NCBI RefSeq assembly: GCF_008000775.2 | Contig: NZ_CP042905.2 | Span: forward strand, 4,292,195-4,324,194 | DNA: 32,000 nt | Direction of reading: 5' to 3' | From: Promethearchaeum syntrophicum | GTDB lineage: Archaea > Asgardarchaeota > Lokiarchaeia > Sigyniarchaeales > Promethearchaeaceae | Part shown: positions 10,083 through 18,064 of the stretch, piece after piece | How positions within the stretch are numbered: position 1 is the stretch's first letter | Layout: every line of letters starts with the position of its first letter | The notes under the pieces: generated by a model | What the model was told of the DNA's origin: nothing | Databases searched by the model: none | What the model saw: only the letters and a program-made list of their open reading frames with translations | Program-made: the position numbers and the translations under genes

Positions 10083-10763
10083 ATGTCCAGACTTATTTCA
10101 CTGCTAGAACGAATAAGTTTTTTGAAAAATCAAGTTCTAATGGGAAAAAAAACATTACTTGATGAAGATTTGGAATCTTTATTTATTGAATTTAAGGATT
10201 TAATTTCAGAATCTGAATTAGAGACCAGTATTCAGATTATGGATAATGGGACTATAATTCTCGAACAGAAGCTCGAAGAATTAAGGAATTTCATATCTAA
10301 TATCTCTCAAAAAGATCAAATTCTTGAATATCTTAGAAATTCTTCCTCAGATGAGTCCTTTTCTCAAATCTTGAATAAAACGTGGCAATCCCCTTTATTG
10401 TTACCTAATTTTTCACTATCATTTTTAACGAAAAGCTTTGAACGGCTTGTGCTAAACAAAAAATCCACTAATTTAGAAATGTTTTTTAAAGAAAAACCAA
10501 TTCTTGGAGTCCCTGACATAAAAGAACTCCCTGAAATTGATAAACCTTATAAAATAAAAATGCTTGGGTATCTAAATTTGATTCGACCATTATTACCTGC
10601 TACTTTAGAGGAACTTATTGATAGAAACCATTCTATTGATGTATATTATGAAAATTTCTCTTATATCCTCCATTTACTCCAACTCGGATTTTTATCGTTC
10701 ACGAAAAAAACTCAACATTTTGATATTACAAATAAAAAAATAGAAGGCAAATTTGATGAATGA
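10083..10763 (+). CDS. Kleisin-like protein (ScpA/Nse4-like), probable SMC partner
   Basis: AGGAGG at 10071-10076 precedes the ATG, which lies 10 nt after the SMC stop. The C-terminal segment 'ATLEELIDRNHSIDVYYENFSYILHLLQLGFLSFTKKTQHFDI' matches the pattern of the ScpA C-terminal winged helix (...v.tFLAlLEL.k.g.i.l.q...f.I). The position between the SMC gene and a ScpB-like gene supports the call. The N-terminal kleisin helix motif is not clearly recognisable. Confidence 0.5.
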   Translation: MSRLISLLERISFLKNQVLMGKKTLLDEDLESLFIEFKDLISESELETSIQIMDNGTIILEQKLEELRNFISNISQKDQILEYLRNSSSDESFSQILNKTWQSPLLLPNFSLSFLTKSFERLVLNKKSTNLEMFFKEKPILGVPDIKELPEIDKPYKIKMLGYLNLIRPLLPATLEELIDRNHSIDVYYENFSYILHLLQLGFLSFTKKTQHFDITNKKIEGKFDE

Positions 10764-11313
10764 ATATACAATTTTACTGTATTTATTGACTCGAACAAAA
10801 CAAGGAAATTCTAATGATAAATTTGAAATTATTGGGGCTTCAGAAGAAGAATTATGTGATAGTTTACATTTTACAGGGAAATTTACGAAAATCCAATTGC
10901 ATGAACTTATGGATCAATTTTCAAAATCTATTTCAATCTTTAATCTCCAACTAAAACAAAATCCGTTTAATTTTCGATGGTATTTAACCCAATCATCTGA
11001 AATTGAAGAGTTTTTCAGTTCAAATCCATTTAGTGGAAAACCAAGAATAGCCGCAACACTTTGTACGGTTCTTTCTTTATGTATGACAAATAATGGAAAA
11101 ATAGATATCAATTCGGTTCGGAAAATAAGAAATAAGAAGGATATCAGAAAAGATTTGCAAGAATTGGAGAAATTAAACTTCATAAATATGGAAAAGAAAA
11201 GCAATCTAATATCTATTAATCCTTATTTGGGGTATTTTATGGATATCGAGGGTTTTTTGAATATACTTGAAAATGAAATAAGAAAAAAGAATATAGAAAA
11301 TGTTGATGAATAA
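10753..11313 (+). CDS. ScpB/KITE-like tandem winged-helix protein
   Basis: Overlaps the previous gene by 11 nt. Two winged-helix-like halves are visible. The first is 'YTILLYLLTRTK...EEELCDSLHF...FNLQLKQNPFNFRWYLT' (compare ScpB ...GLELVEVAGGYRLVT). The second is 'PRIAATLCTVLSLCMTNNGKIDINSVRKIRNKKDIRKDLQELEKLNFINMEKK..LISINPYLGYFMDIEG' (compare ScpB LS.AALETLAIIAY.QPIT..EIE.IRG.....VL..L.E.GLI......Y.TT..FLEYFGL). Confidence 0.5.
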   Translation: MMNEYTILLYLLTRTKQGNSNDKFEIIGASEEELCDSLHFTGKFTKIQLHELMDQFSKSISIFNLQLKQNPFNFRWYLTQSSEIEEFFSSNPFSGKPRIAATLCTVLSLCMTNNGKIDINSVRKIRNKKDIRKDLQELEKLNFINMEKKSNLISINPYLGYFMDIEGFLNILENEIRKKNIENVDE

Positions 11314-11391
11314 ACGCAAAATTCAATTTTACATTCGAATATCATTAGAATATTATTTATCATTTTAAACGAGAAATATTGAGCATTTATT

Positions 11392-11739
11392 ATGGGAATG
11401 TTTTCTCGCAAAAAAAAAAAAGAATATACTCATTTTACAAAAAGGTTAACAAATTCAATATATATCAAACAGATAGCAATACATTCAAATAGTGATTTTA
11501 CAACTTTAAAGCATAATTTATTAGACGGACATATTATGGTATGCGATTTAACCCCCCTCGTTAGAATTGCAAAAGGATTACATGGTTCAAAAGAAGGAAA
11601 TAAACATATATTACATAATCAACTCCAGCAAATTAAAAAATATTGCCTCCAGCATGGAGGAAATGTTACTAAATTAAAGGAAAGTATATTATTGATTACT
11701 CCAAATATAAATTTCAAACTGCAGAATTTTATTAAATAA
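11392..11739 (+). CDS. sepF: SepF-like cell-division protein (FtsZ membrane anchor family)
   Basis: The N-terminus 'MGMFSRKKKK' resembles the SepF membrane-targeting helix. 'YIKQIAIHSNSDFTTLKHNLLDGHIMVCDLTPL' aligns to the SepF core (vvv..p.s..da.eia..l..g..vivnL..l). 'QLQQIKKYCLQHGGNVTKLKESILLITPNINF' aligns to (Ri.DFl.G..yal.G.i.ki.e.iflltP.nv.i). Confidence 0.5.
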   Translation: MGMFSRKKKKEYTHFTKRLTNSIYIKQIAIHSNSDFTTLKHNLLDGHIMVCDLTPLVRIAKGLHGSKEGNKHILHNQLQQIKKYCLQHGGNVTKLKESILLITPNINFKLQNFIK

Positions 11740-11746
11740 TTTTTTT

Positions 11747-12178
11747 TTATTTTAAACTTTCAAATAATGATTTTAAATCGTTTTTTCCCAGATTTTCTAA
11801 CACAATTATTAGATCATTTAAATTTCTAAATTTATGATGCCACAAGGCTTCATCTACTGCTCTAATTAAGCCGGGTTCAAAGACTGCACAAAGATATTGT
11901 AAACCTTTTGTGGTAGCAAAGACTTTAGGTTCAATCCTTAAATTAGAATCACTGAAAGTATTTAATGTGTCATTATAAATTTTTCCCCTGACATCAAAAT
12001 ATCTTGTAGTTGAAATACTTGAATTTATAATCCCAATTCCTATTGATGCAGAATATTTACCTGAAAATCTTTCCTCTCTAACAATTATTGCCTCCACTCC
12101 ATTCTCTGGTTCTTGATGTATAGTGCCCTTTTCTTTAATTATATCCTTGATCTGTTTAATTAATGGTTCAATTTTCAT
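11747..12178 (-). CDS. Hypothetical protein (143 aa, soluble)
   Basis: A clean ORF with an ATG start, filling the gap between convergent and divergent neighbours. I recognise no family motif. Confidence 0.5.
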   Translation of the reverse strand: MKIEPLIKQIKDIIKEKGTIHQEPENGVEAIIVREERFSGKYSASIGIGIINSSISTTRYFDVRGKIYNDTLNTFSDSNLRIEPKVFATTKGLQYLCAVFEPGLIRAVDEALWHHKFRNLNDLIIVLENLGKNDLKSLFESLK

Positions 12179-12335
12179 TTTTATTTTCTACATTTTTATC
12201 TATGATCTAAGATTAGAAAAGGCTTTTGATATTCTATTAGAGAAAGCTATAAATATATTTTGTATACAAAATAGTAAATGAAAATAATTTTACCTTAAAT
12301 AGAATAAAATTTCGTAAAAAAATTGTGAAAAAAAA

Positions 12336-12632
12336 ATGAAAGAACCTGAACCTGAAGAAGGAAGAGAATTTGGTAAAGTGAAATGGTTTAGCCCGAGAAG
12401 AGGATACGGATTCATAATCAGAGATGACATCCCACCAGAGCAAGAAAATCATGAGATTTTCTGCCATTATTCGAGTATTGATATGGAAGGATTTAGAACG
12501 CTTTTACCCGACTTGAGAGTGAGTTTTGAGATCGCTCCTGGAAAAAGAGAGGGAACTGTTGAAGCAAAGAATGTGAAAATTGCACCTCCGATATTCGCTA
12601 ATGAAGAGAAAGAAAAAGAAAAATCTGAATAA
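12336..12632 (+). CDS. csp: Cold-shock-domain protein with acidic N- and C-terminal tails
   Basis: 'GKVKWFSPRRGYGFI' contains an RNP1-like motif and 'EIFCHYSSI' an RNP2-like motif, followed by 'V.FEI..GKREG.VEAKNVKI'. Together these match the CspA/CSD fold pattern. It is flanked by 'MKEPEPEEGREF' and 'NEEKEKEKSE'. Confidence 0.85.
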   Translation: MKEPEPEEGREFGKVKWFSPRRGYGFIIRDDIPPEQENHEIFCHYSSIDMEGFRTLLPDLRVSFEIAPGKREGTVEAKNVKIAPPIFANEEKEKEKSE

Positions 12633-12633
12633 C

Positions 12634-13710
12634 CTACTTCTGCATCATGGCAATTATGGTGCTTACAAGCGGAAGTTCATACTGCAAGAAATTATGTCCT
12701 CCCGAATTTAAAATCTCCCAATTATTATTTTCTGAGATTAATTTTGCGACATCTCTATTTTCTAAGAAACTTTCAAATGAAATAATTTTATCATTTTTTG
12801 CGTGAACTAGAAATAGCTTCTTCGAAGTGAAATCAACCCAATCAGCATCATTATTAAAACTTCTTCTTAACTGAGCCAATTGTAATTTGGGTGAAAGTTC
12901 ATAATTTACTTCATCTAAAGGATTCATCTTTACCCCAAAAAAAGTGTATCTGAGCCATAACCACCAATTTTTTTTGAATGTAATTGGGGATTGGGGAATA
13001 TTATTTCTATAATTGGACATTGCAGATACAGCAATTATTTTTTCAACAGAATCATCAGCTAATCCTTGTTTTATAGAAGCGAGTGATCCAAGACTAATAC
13101 CAACCAGATATATTGTCCGATCACCCAAAATGGAATCATTTTTCACATATTTAATTACATCCTTCAAATCACGGGTTATTTCAACAAATTGGCTTGTTTT
13201 TCCTGCTTTTCTTGATTTTCCGGATCCTCTACTATCAAAAGTTAACACGTCATAACCGGACAAGGCAATAGGGATAGTGATATGGCGTGTGTAAATACAA
13301 TCATCTGAAAATCCATGACTAAATATTACAACAGGGGATTTTGGGGGGGTTCCATCCTTATGCAAGATTTCCCCGTATAAGGTGGGATTTTCATTAGAAT
13401 TGCTTTCATCATTCCTATTAATGTCAAGATTTTGATCTTTTTTAGACCAGAGTATTGGGATTTGAACTGATTTTATTTTTATTTGTAAAGGTTCAACCCT
13501 ATGCCATCTAAATTGCCAGAAATCTCTCAACTCAAAATACAAAGCCCAACAGAGCCACGTAAAAGCAAATGTCATTACGGATAAATAGATGCATCTCCAG
13601 AAATCATTGCCAAAAAGAACGAAATTAACATAATATATGTATGCGGCCAGAGAAAAATCAACAATAAATAAAAGAATATGTTTGGGGCGGATTATTATAC
13701 TATTTTTCAA
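12634..13710 (-). CDS. Membrane-anchored alpha/beta-fold hydrolase
   Basis: Two N-terminal hydrophobic helices. 'PVVIFSHGFSDD' is the HG oxyanion region. 'YLVGISLGSLAS' is the G-x-S-x-G nucleophile elbow. 'HAKNDKII' and 'GGHNF' supply the candidate Asp and His of the catalytic triad. Confidence 0.8.
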   Translation of the reverse strand: MKNSIIIRPKHILLFIVDFSLAAYIYYVNFVLFGNDFWRCIYLSVMTFAFTWLCWALYFELRDFWQFRWHRVEPLQIKIKSVQIPILWSKKDQNLDINRNDESNSNENPTLYGEILHKDGTPPKSPVVIFSHGFSDDCIYTRHITIPIALSGYDVLTFDSRGSGKSRKAGKTSQFVEITRDLKDVIKYVKNDSILGDRTIYLVGISLGSLASIKQGLADDSVEKIIAVSAMSNYRNNIPQSPITFKKNWWLWLRYTFFGVKMNPLDEVNYELSPKLQLAQLRRSFNNDADWVDFTSKKLFLVHAKNDKIISFESFLENRDVAKLISENNNWEILNSGGHNFLQYELPLVSTIIAMMQK

Positions 13711-13746
13711 CTAAATTCTCCTTGTTTTCATTTGGTCATATGGTTT

Positions 13747-16245
13747 TTATAGAATATTTTTAAAATCTTCAATTATTTTCTTACTATTTTTTTTATTGCC
13801 CGAATTATTTAATAAGTTTCTAATTTTTTCTTCAATTTCATTTGATATTTTTTTCCCACCCCGAACGGAAGGTTCAAAATTTTGAATGTAATCTACCATA
13901 TCATCAGGGAGATCATAGATTTTACCCAAAATAATGTCACAAATATCGATAATATTTTTCATTTCCGAAGTGTTAAACCTGCGGTGTTCCTTATCAAAAC
14001 ATTGCATGAGTGATTTCATTAAAAAGGAAGAAAATTCTTTAAGAAGGTCAAAAAATGTCTTTAATTTATCTACAAGATCTTGAGAAAGGGGAAAAGCTTT
14101 CATTATATCAGAATTCATGTGCCTTCCATCACTATAAATTCTAAACCATACGTAATACAGTGAACTGTTAATTAGAATTAAGATAAAATATTTCAACCCT
14201 TCTATATTTCTTGATATTTCTACCAGTGCAATCTGCGTTCCATAATAAGGTGGTTTTTCCCAAGCATTATACCAATAATTTCCTGATATTCTAACGGATA
14301 TTAAATCTTCAACCTTTTTTCCTTCTTTCTCAAATTGCATCAATTTATTTCTATACTCATCAATATTTCTAATAATTAAGAATCTGTTTAAAATATCGCC
14401 TAAAATTAGTAATTTTTCATTAGAATTTAGAGTATAATGTTCTGAGAGCAACTCCAAAAATTCTCTTGCCCTTTTTTCACCTATTTTGGGAAGTCTGTGC
14501 TTTTTATCAAAAGAAACTCCTATATTTTTTCCTAATAGAAAATTATTAGCCAGTACATATTTAATATTTCGAAGATCTGGCATTTTTCTAAACATATTTG
14601 TTGTCAGAATGTCTGAAAATTGATTTTTATTTAATTTTATGGAATTCTTGTTTATACATTGAATAATTGAAACAGATTGTGTCATTTTGGTAAAAAATCG
14701 GCATTTATCTCTGTCAAAAGATGCAATTTTACTTATTTCATAGGAATTTACGATTTTTTGGCGCGTTTTAGAAAGATCTTTACTAAAACATATAGCATAA
14801 CTAGTTAAAAATGCAATTATACCTTTGTTTCGATTGAGATCAATGGCCCGTTCAATGAAAACTGACGAAATTTCATTCAAGAATGAATAAAATGGATCGA
14901 TTTCTTTTTTCTCAGAATTTGAAAGTAAATTTCCATACGGAGGGTTTCCTAAAATAATATCAAATCCAAAATTATTCGAGTTAATTGGAAAAACATCTGG
15001 AAATTCAACATTCCAATGAAAGGGTTTAATTTTGGTATTCTTTTTTATTTCTTTGGTATCTTTTTCACTCCAATTAATAGAACCTAATAAAGAATTTCCT
15101 GTGAGAATATTTAATCTCAATAACCTAGGATTCAAAAATCTTGAAGATGAAAAATCCCATGAATCAATATAATTTAGAAAAAGTCTAATTTTCGCAATAA
15201 TTACAGCGCGTGGATTAATATCTACTCCATATATAGCTGACGAAAATAAAAATTTCTTTAGAATGGCAATGGAATCTTTAAATTTTTCAAAGGAGTTTAA
15301 ATCTATTATCTCATCAGAAACTGTTATTAACAATACTCCCTTAATTTGGTAATTTCTTGATGCCGTCCATATATATTTGTATAATTTAATTAATATTTTT
15401 GTTATACTAGCTAGAAAATGCCCAGATCCAACAGCTGGGTCCAAAATTTTAAAATTATTAATCTTTACAAAAAAATCTTGAATTTTATTAAGTTTTAACT
15501 TAAATTCATATTGATCTAGTTCTGATTTAAAGAAATTCTCACAATTTATCCAAAAAGGAACTTTTAAATTATCTGAAAACAATTTGGCATTTAGACTAGA
15601 TTCAGCAAGGAAATCACAGATATTATCCGGAGTATAATATGCCCCCGTTGATTTTTTAGTGTCATCTGATAAAATTTTCTCAAACAGAGCTCCAATGATA
15701 AAATCATTAATTGGACCCCCCACAATTTCCTGCAAGATGAACATATTAAATAATGGAAGTGAGTTAATTATTGATTCAGGAATTTTTTTGGATATTTTGA
15801 TTTTTTCAAGTTGTGTACTATCAATATCTTGAAAAAATGCTTCATTTGGTAAGGACTTGTGAATAAACCCATCCCAAAGAAAACCGTGATTATCTCTCAG
15901 GAAATAATCTCCTATAATAACGAGTTCTTCTTGGTTACTATTCCTTGATATGACGGGTAATTTTTTAGAATTCGAAGGAAAAATACTATTAAAAAATTTA
16001 GTTAAGAATTCAGAATAAAATTGGTGATTTAGGGATGACTTTTTTCGATTAAAGTGATTTAAAAAATATTCAGAATCTTTATTAAAACACAGCTTTCGTT
16101 GCAAATACCAGAGAGCGGTCATTAAAAGCACAAATCTATTTATTTTTTCTGGATTTATATCTGACTTGCTGATTCTTTGCAAGTATTCGCAAGATTTTTT
16201 AAAAATATTAAAAAATGAATCAATTTTTTTATTCTGTAGGCTCAA
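13747..16245 (-). CDS. N6-adenine DNA methyltransferase, gamma class (Eco57I/TaqI-like, with C-terminal target-recognition domain)
   Basis: 'GAYYTPDNICDFLAE' (motif X region). 'ILDPAVGSGHFL' (motif I, SAM binding). 'GVDINPRAVIIAKIRL'. 'FDIILGNPPYG' (motif IV NPPY, ~14933-14949). C-terminal 'LINSSLYYVWFRIYS...MKAFPL' resembles the TaqI-like specificity domain. Only ~190 aa precede the methyltransferase core and I see no PD-(D/E)xK nuclease motif. The start is TTG 16245, 17 nt inside the upstream gene. Confidence 0.85.
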   Translation of the reverse strand: MSLQNKKIDSFFNIFKKSCEYLQRISKSDINPEKINRFVLLMTALWYLQRKLCFNKDSEYFLNHFNRKKSSLNHQFYSEFLTKFFNSIFPSNSKKLPVISRNSNQEELVIIGDYFLRDNHGFLWDGFIHKSLPNEAFFQDIDSTQLEKIKISKKIPESIINSLPLFNMFILQEIVGGPINDFIIGALFEKILSDDTKKSTGAYYTPDNICDFLAESSLNAKLFSDNLKVPFWINCENFFKSELDQYEFKLKLNKIQDFFVKINNFKILDPAVGSGHFLASITKILIKLYKYIWTASRNYQIKGVLLITVSDEIIDLNSFEKFKDSIAILKKFLFSSAIYGVDINPRAVIIAKIRLFLNYIDSWDFSSSRFLNPRLLRLNILTGNSLLGSINWSEKDTKEIKKNTKIKPFHWNVEFPDVFPINSNNFGFDIILGNPPYGNLLSNSEKKEIDPFYSFLNEISSVFIERAIDLNRNKGIIAFLTSYAICFSKDLSKTRQKIVNSYEISKIASFDRDKCRFFTKMTQSVSIIQCINKNSIKLNKNQFSDILTTNMFRKMPDLRNIKYVLANNFLLGKNIGVSFDKKHRLPKIGEKRAREFLELLSEHYTLNSNEKLLILGDILNRFLIIRNIDEYRNKLMQFEKEGKKVEDLISVRISGNYWYNAWEKPPYYGTQIALVEISRNIEGLKYFILILINSSLYYVWFRIYSDGRHMNSDIMKAFPLSQDLVDKLKTFFDLLKEFSSFLMKSLMQCFDKEHRRFNTSEMKNIIDICDIILGKIYDLPDDMVDYIQNFEPSVRGGKKISNEIEEKIRNLLNNSGNKKNSKKIIEDFKNIL

Positions 16246-17089
16246 TTTCTTTCAATTCAACAGGAGGTTTGTCTCTAAGAATAGTTGGTCTTGATTTTAA
16301 TCTTATCTTTTCTGCGTCAACTTCTTCTTTTTCAACGATTTCAGAGTGTTTAAAGATAGTAAATACAGAAATAAATGAAGATAAGAATATTCCAATACTT
16401 CCTAATAAGATCCAAATCCAGAATAAAATAATCTCATACCTTTGAATTAAATATAAACTTGATTCTATTGATCCTGGTTGAAATTCAAATATAAAATTTC
16501 TTTGATTCATGTATAAAACTAATCCAAGAGTAATAATAGTGCTCGACAGAGAGCATACTACTAGATAAATCTTTTGTGACCATATAGTACAAGCTAATTG
16601 CACACATGTAATCCCAAACCATATCCAAGTAATTATAATTAATCTATCAAAATAACTTGTAAATTGAGAAGCAGTTACACTATATAATATGATTTCAGGT
16701 TTTTCCCATCCAAAAATTGAAAATCCTAAAATTGGAATTAAAAAACTAAGAATTAAGATACCTATTCCAAAATAAATTGAAATTTGCATAGGAAAAGTCC
16801 TTTCAATTTTGATTATTGTATCTTCCCCGATAATCATTTCATCAATTTCAGCTTGAACCTTAAGAGGAATTACACTATCTAAGAGAACAAATTCAAACAT
16901 TTTAAACTTATTAATAATTTTGGATGCAAGATCAATTCCGATTTTTTGTTCGCGCTCTTTAGATTTTACTCCTGAATAAAAGTATACTTTCTTTTCCTCG
17001 TTATCGATTAACAACGCTATATCATGAGGGTAAAGAGTTTCAGATTCAACGAAATCGTTCTTAGAGAGATCTAAAATATATAAAAACAT
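16229..17089 (-). CDS. Membrane protein: N-terminal soluble domain (possible gelsolin/ADF-like fold) plus 4-5 TM helices
   Basis: A 286-aa ORF with an ATG start. Residues 1 to ~95, 'FLYILDLSKNDFVESETLYPHDIALLIDNEEKKVYFYSGVKSKEREQKIGIDLASKI', follow the gelsolin-domain pattern (l..v......V.....L...D.yiLd....iy.W.G..s...E...a...A..i). They are followed by hydrophobic helices ('ISIYFGIGILILSFLIPILGF', 'IIITWIWFGITCVQLACTIW', 'IYLVVCSLSSTIITLGLVLYM', 'IILFWIWILLGSIGIFLSSFISVFTIF') and a charged tail. I trust that it is coding more than the fold assignment. Confidence 0.6.
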   Translation of the reverse strand: MFLYILDLSKNDFVESETLYPHDIALLIDNEEKKVYFYSGVKSKEREQKIGIDLASKIINKFKMFEFVLLDSVIPLKVQAEIDEMIIGEDTIIKIERTFPMQISIYFGIGILILSFLIPILGFSIFGWEKPEIILYSVTASQFTSYFDRLIIITWIWFGITCVQLACTIWSQKIYLVVCSLSSTIITLGLVLYMNQRNFIFEFQPGSIESSLYLIQRYEIILFWIWILLGSIGIFLSSFISVFTIFKHSEIVEKEEVDAEKIRLKSRPTILRDKPPVELKEIEPTE

Positions 17090-17164
17090 GCTATAATTGG
17101 AATTTAGTTGTTTCTTTTGAAAAAACTTTCGCTAAATATTGATAACAAAGAAAAAAATCTAATT

Positions 17165-18064
17165 TTAGATATTTAATTTAATTTGTTTTGCTCGTGTTCG
17201 CAAAGTTACTTCGGTAACTCTGGCAATTTCACTAATTTCTGTTTGAGTTTTTCGTTCTGCTGTTGATTTAGCTGCGATATAAAGAGCCGCTGCAGCCAAT
17301 CCTTTAGGATCTTTACCCATTTTTTTTAATCCATGTTTTAATGCAGTTTTCAACATATTTGCTGCTTTTTGTTGAACTAGAACGGATAAATTCAAATCGT
17401 TTCCAAACCGGAACACAAGTGGTCCTGGTGAAATTGGTTTGTAGCGAAGATTAAGCACTGGTAAAACATTTCGGACTACTAAACCTAAGGAACGATGAAC
17501 ACTTCGTAATGGAAGCAATGCTATGTCTACTACCTCTTCTAATAAGCGCGGGAAATTATGAATTCTGATTCCGGCATAAAGAGATGCTGTCACAAATGAA
17601 TCAATGCTTCTTCCCATGGTTAATTTTTGTTTAGCAACCTCTGAATAGATTTTCCAGGCGGTTTCAAGAATATGATCCGGAATATTTAATTTCTGGGCAA
17701 GTTGGTTGATCTTTGGGCGAGCTTCCCAAAAATTACGCTCGAGTGAATTAACTAAAGAACCTTGGATTTTGGAAAGACGGTTAAACATTGCTTGTTTTTT
17801 GCCTTGAAGGGATACACCCTTTGCATCAGGTGAATTTGTACCAATTATTGTTCTGGGACCAAAGTTTCTCCATCGTGGCTCAGTTCTTTTACGATTTTTA
17901 ACTTCGTCGGCTGTATAAGCGCGTTTTTCTGTTGCTACGAACGATCTTCCTAAAACCATCCCACAATTATGGCACACTCTCATCCCATCATCGTTATGGA
18001 TAGCAGGATCACTGCAACATGGTTCATCTTCATTCTCCTTTTCGTAAAAATTTGGTATTGCCAT
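17165..18064 (-). CDS. tfb: Transcription initiation factor IIB (TFB)
   Basis: An N-terminal Zn-ribbon ('CCSDP...VCHNCGMVLG') and B-reader/linker are followed by two cyclin-fold repeats ('NIPDHILETAWKIYSEVAKQKLTMGRSIDSFVTASLYAGIR', 'LAAAALYIAAKSTAERKTQTEISEIARVTEVTLRTRAKQI'). This is the canonical archaeal TFB architecture and length. Confidence 0.95.
   Translation of the reverse strand: MAIPNFYEKENEDEPCCSDPAIHNDDGMRVCHNCGMVLGRSFVATEKRAYTADEVKNRKRTEPRWRNFGPRTIIGTNSPDAKGVSLQGKKQAMFNRLSKIQGSLVNSLERNFWEARPKINQLAQKLNIPDHILETAWKIYSEVAKQKLTMGRSIDSFVTASLYAGIRIHNFPRLLEEVVDIALLPLRSVHRSLGLVVRNVLPVLNLRYKPISPGPLVFRFGNDLNLSVLVQQKAANMLKTALKHGLKKMGKDPKGLAAAALYIAAKSTAERKTQTEISEIARVTEVTLRTRAKQIKLNI

Noticed and set aside
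5230-11313. Interpreting the SMC operon as a Wadjet/Lamassu-type anti-plasmid or anti-phage defence system
   Set aside because: I see no Toprim/JetD-like nuclease or effector gene. The SMC has a normal hinge, and the partners look like ScpA and ScpB rather than JetA and JetB. The neighbours are housekeeping genes (malQ, sepF-like). I cannot formally exclude it without profile searches.
11410-11421. A12 homopolymer inside the SepF-like N-terminus, and similar A9/A11 runs at 31130-31151, as possible slipped-strand phase-variation tracts
   Set aside because: They encode in-frame poly-Lys segments ('RKKKKE', 'RKKKEKKKE'). In a genome this AT-rich such runs are expected, and the window shows no frameshifted or variable copies.
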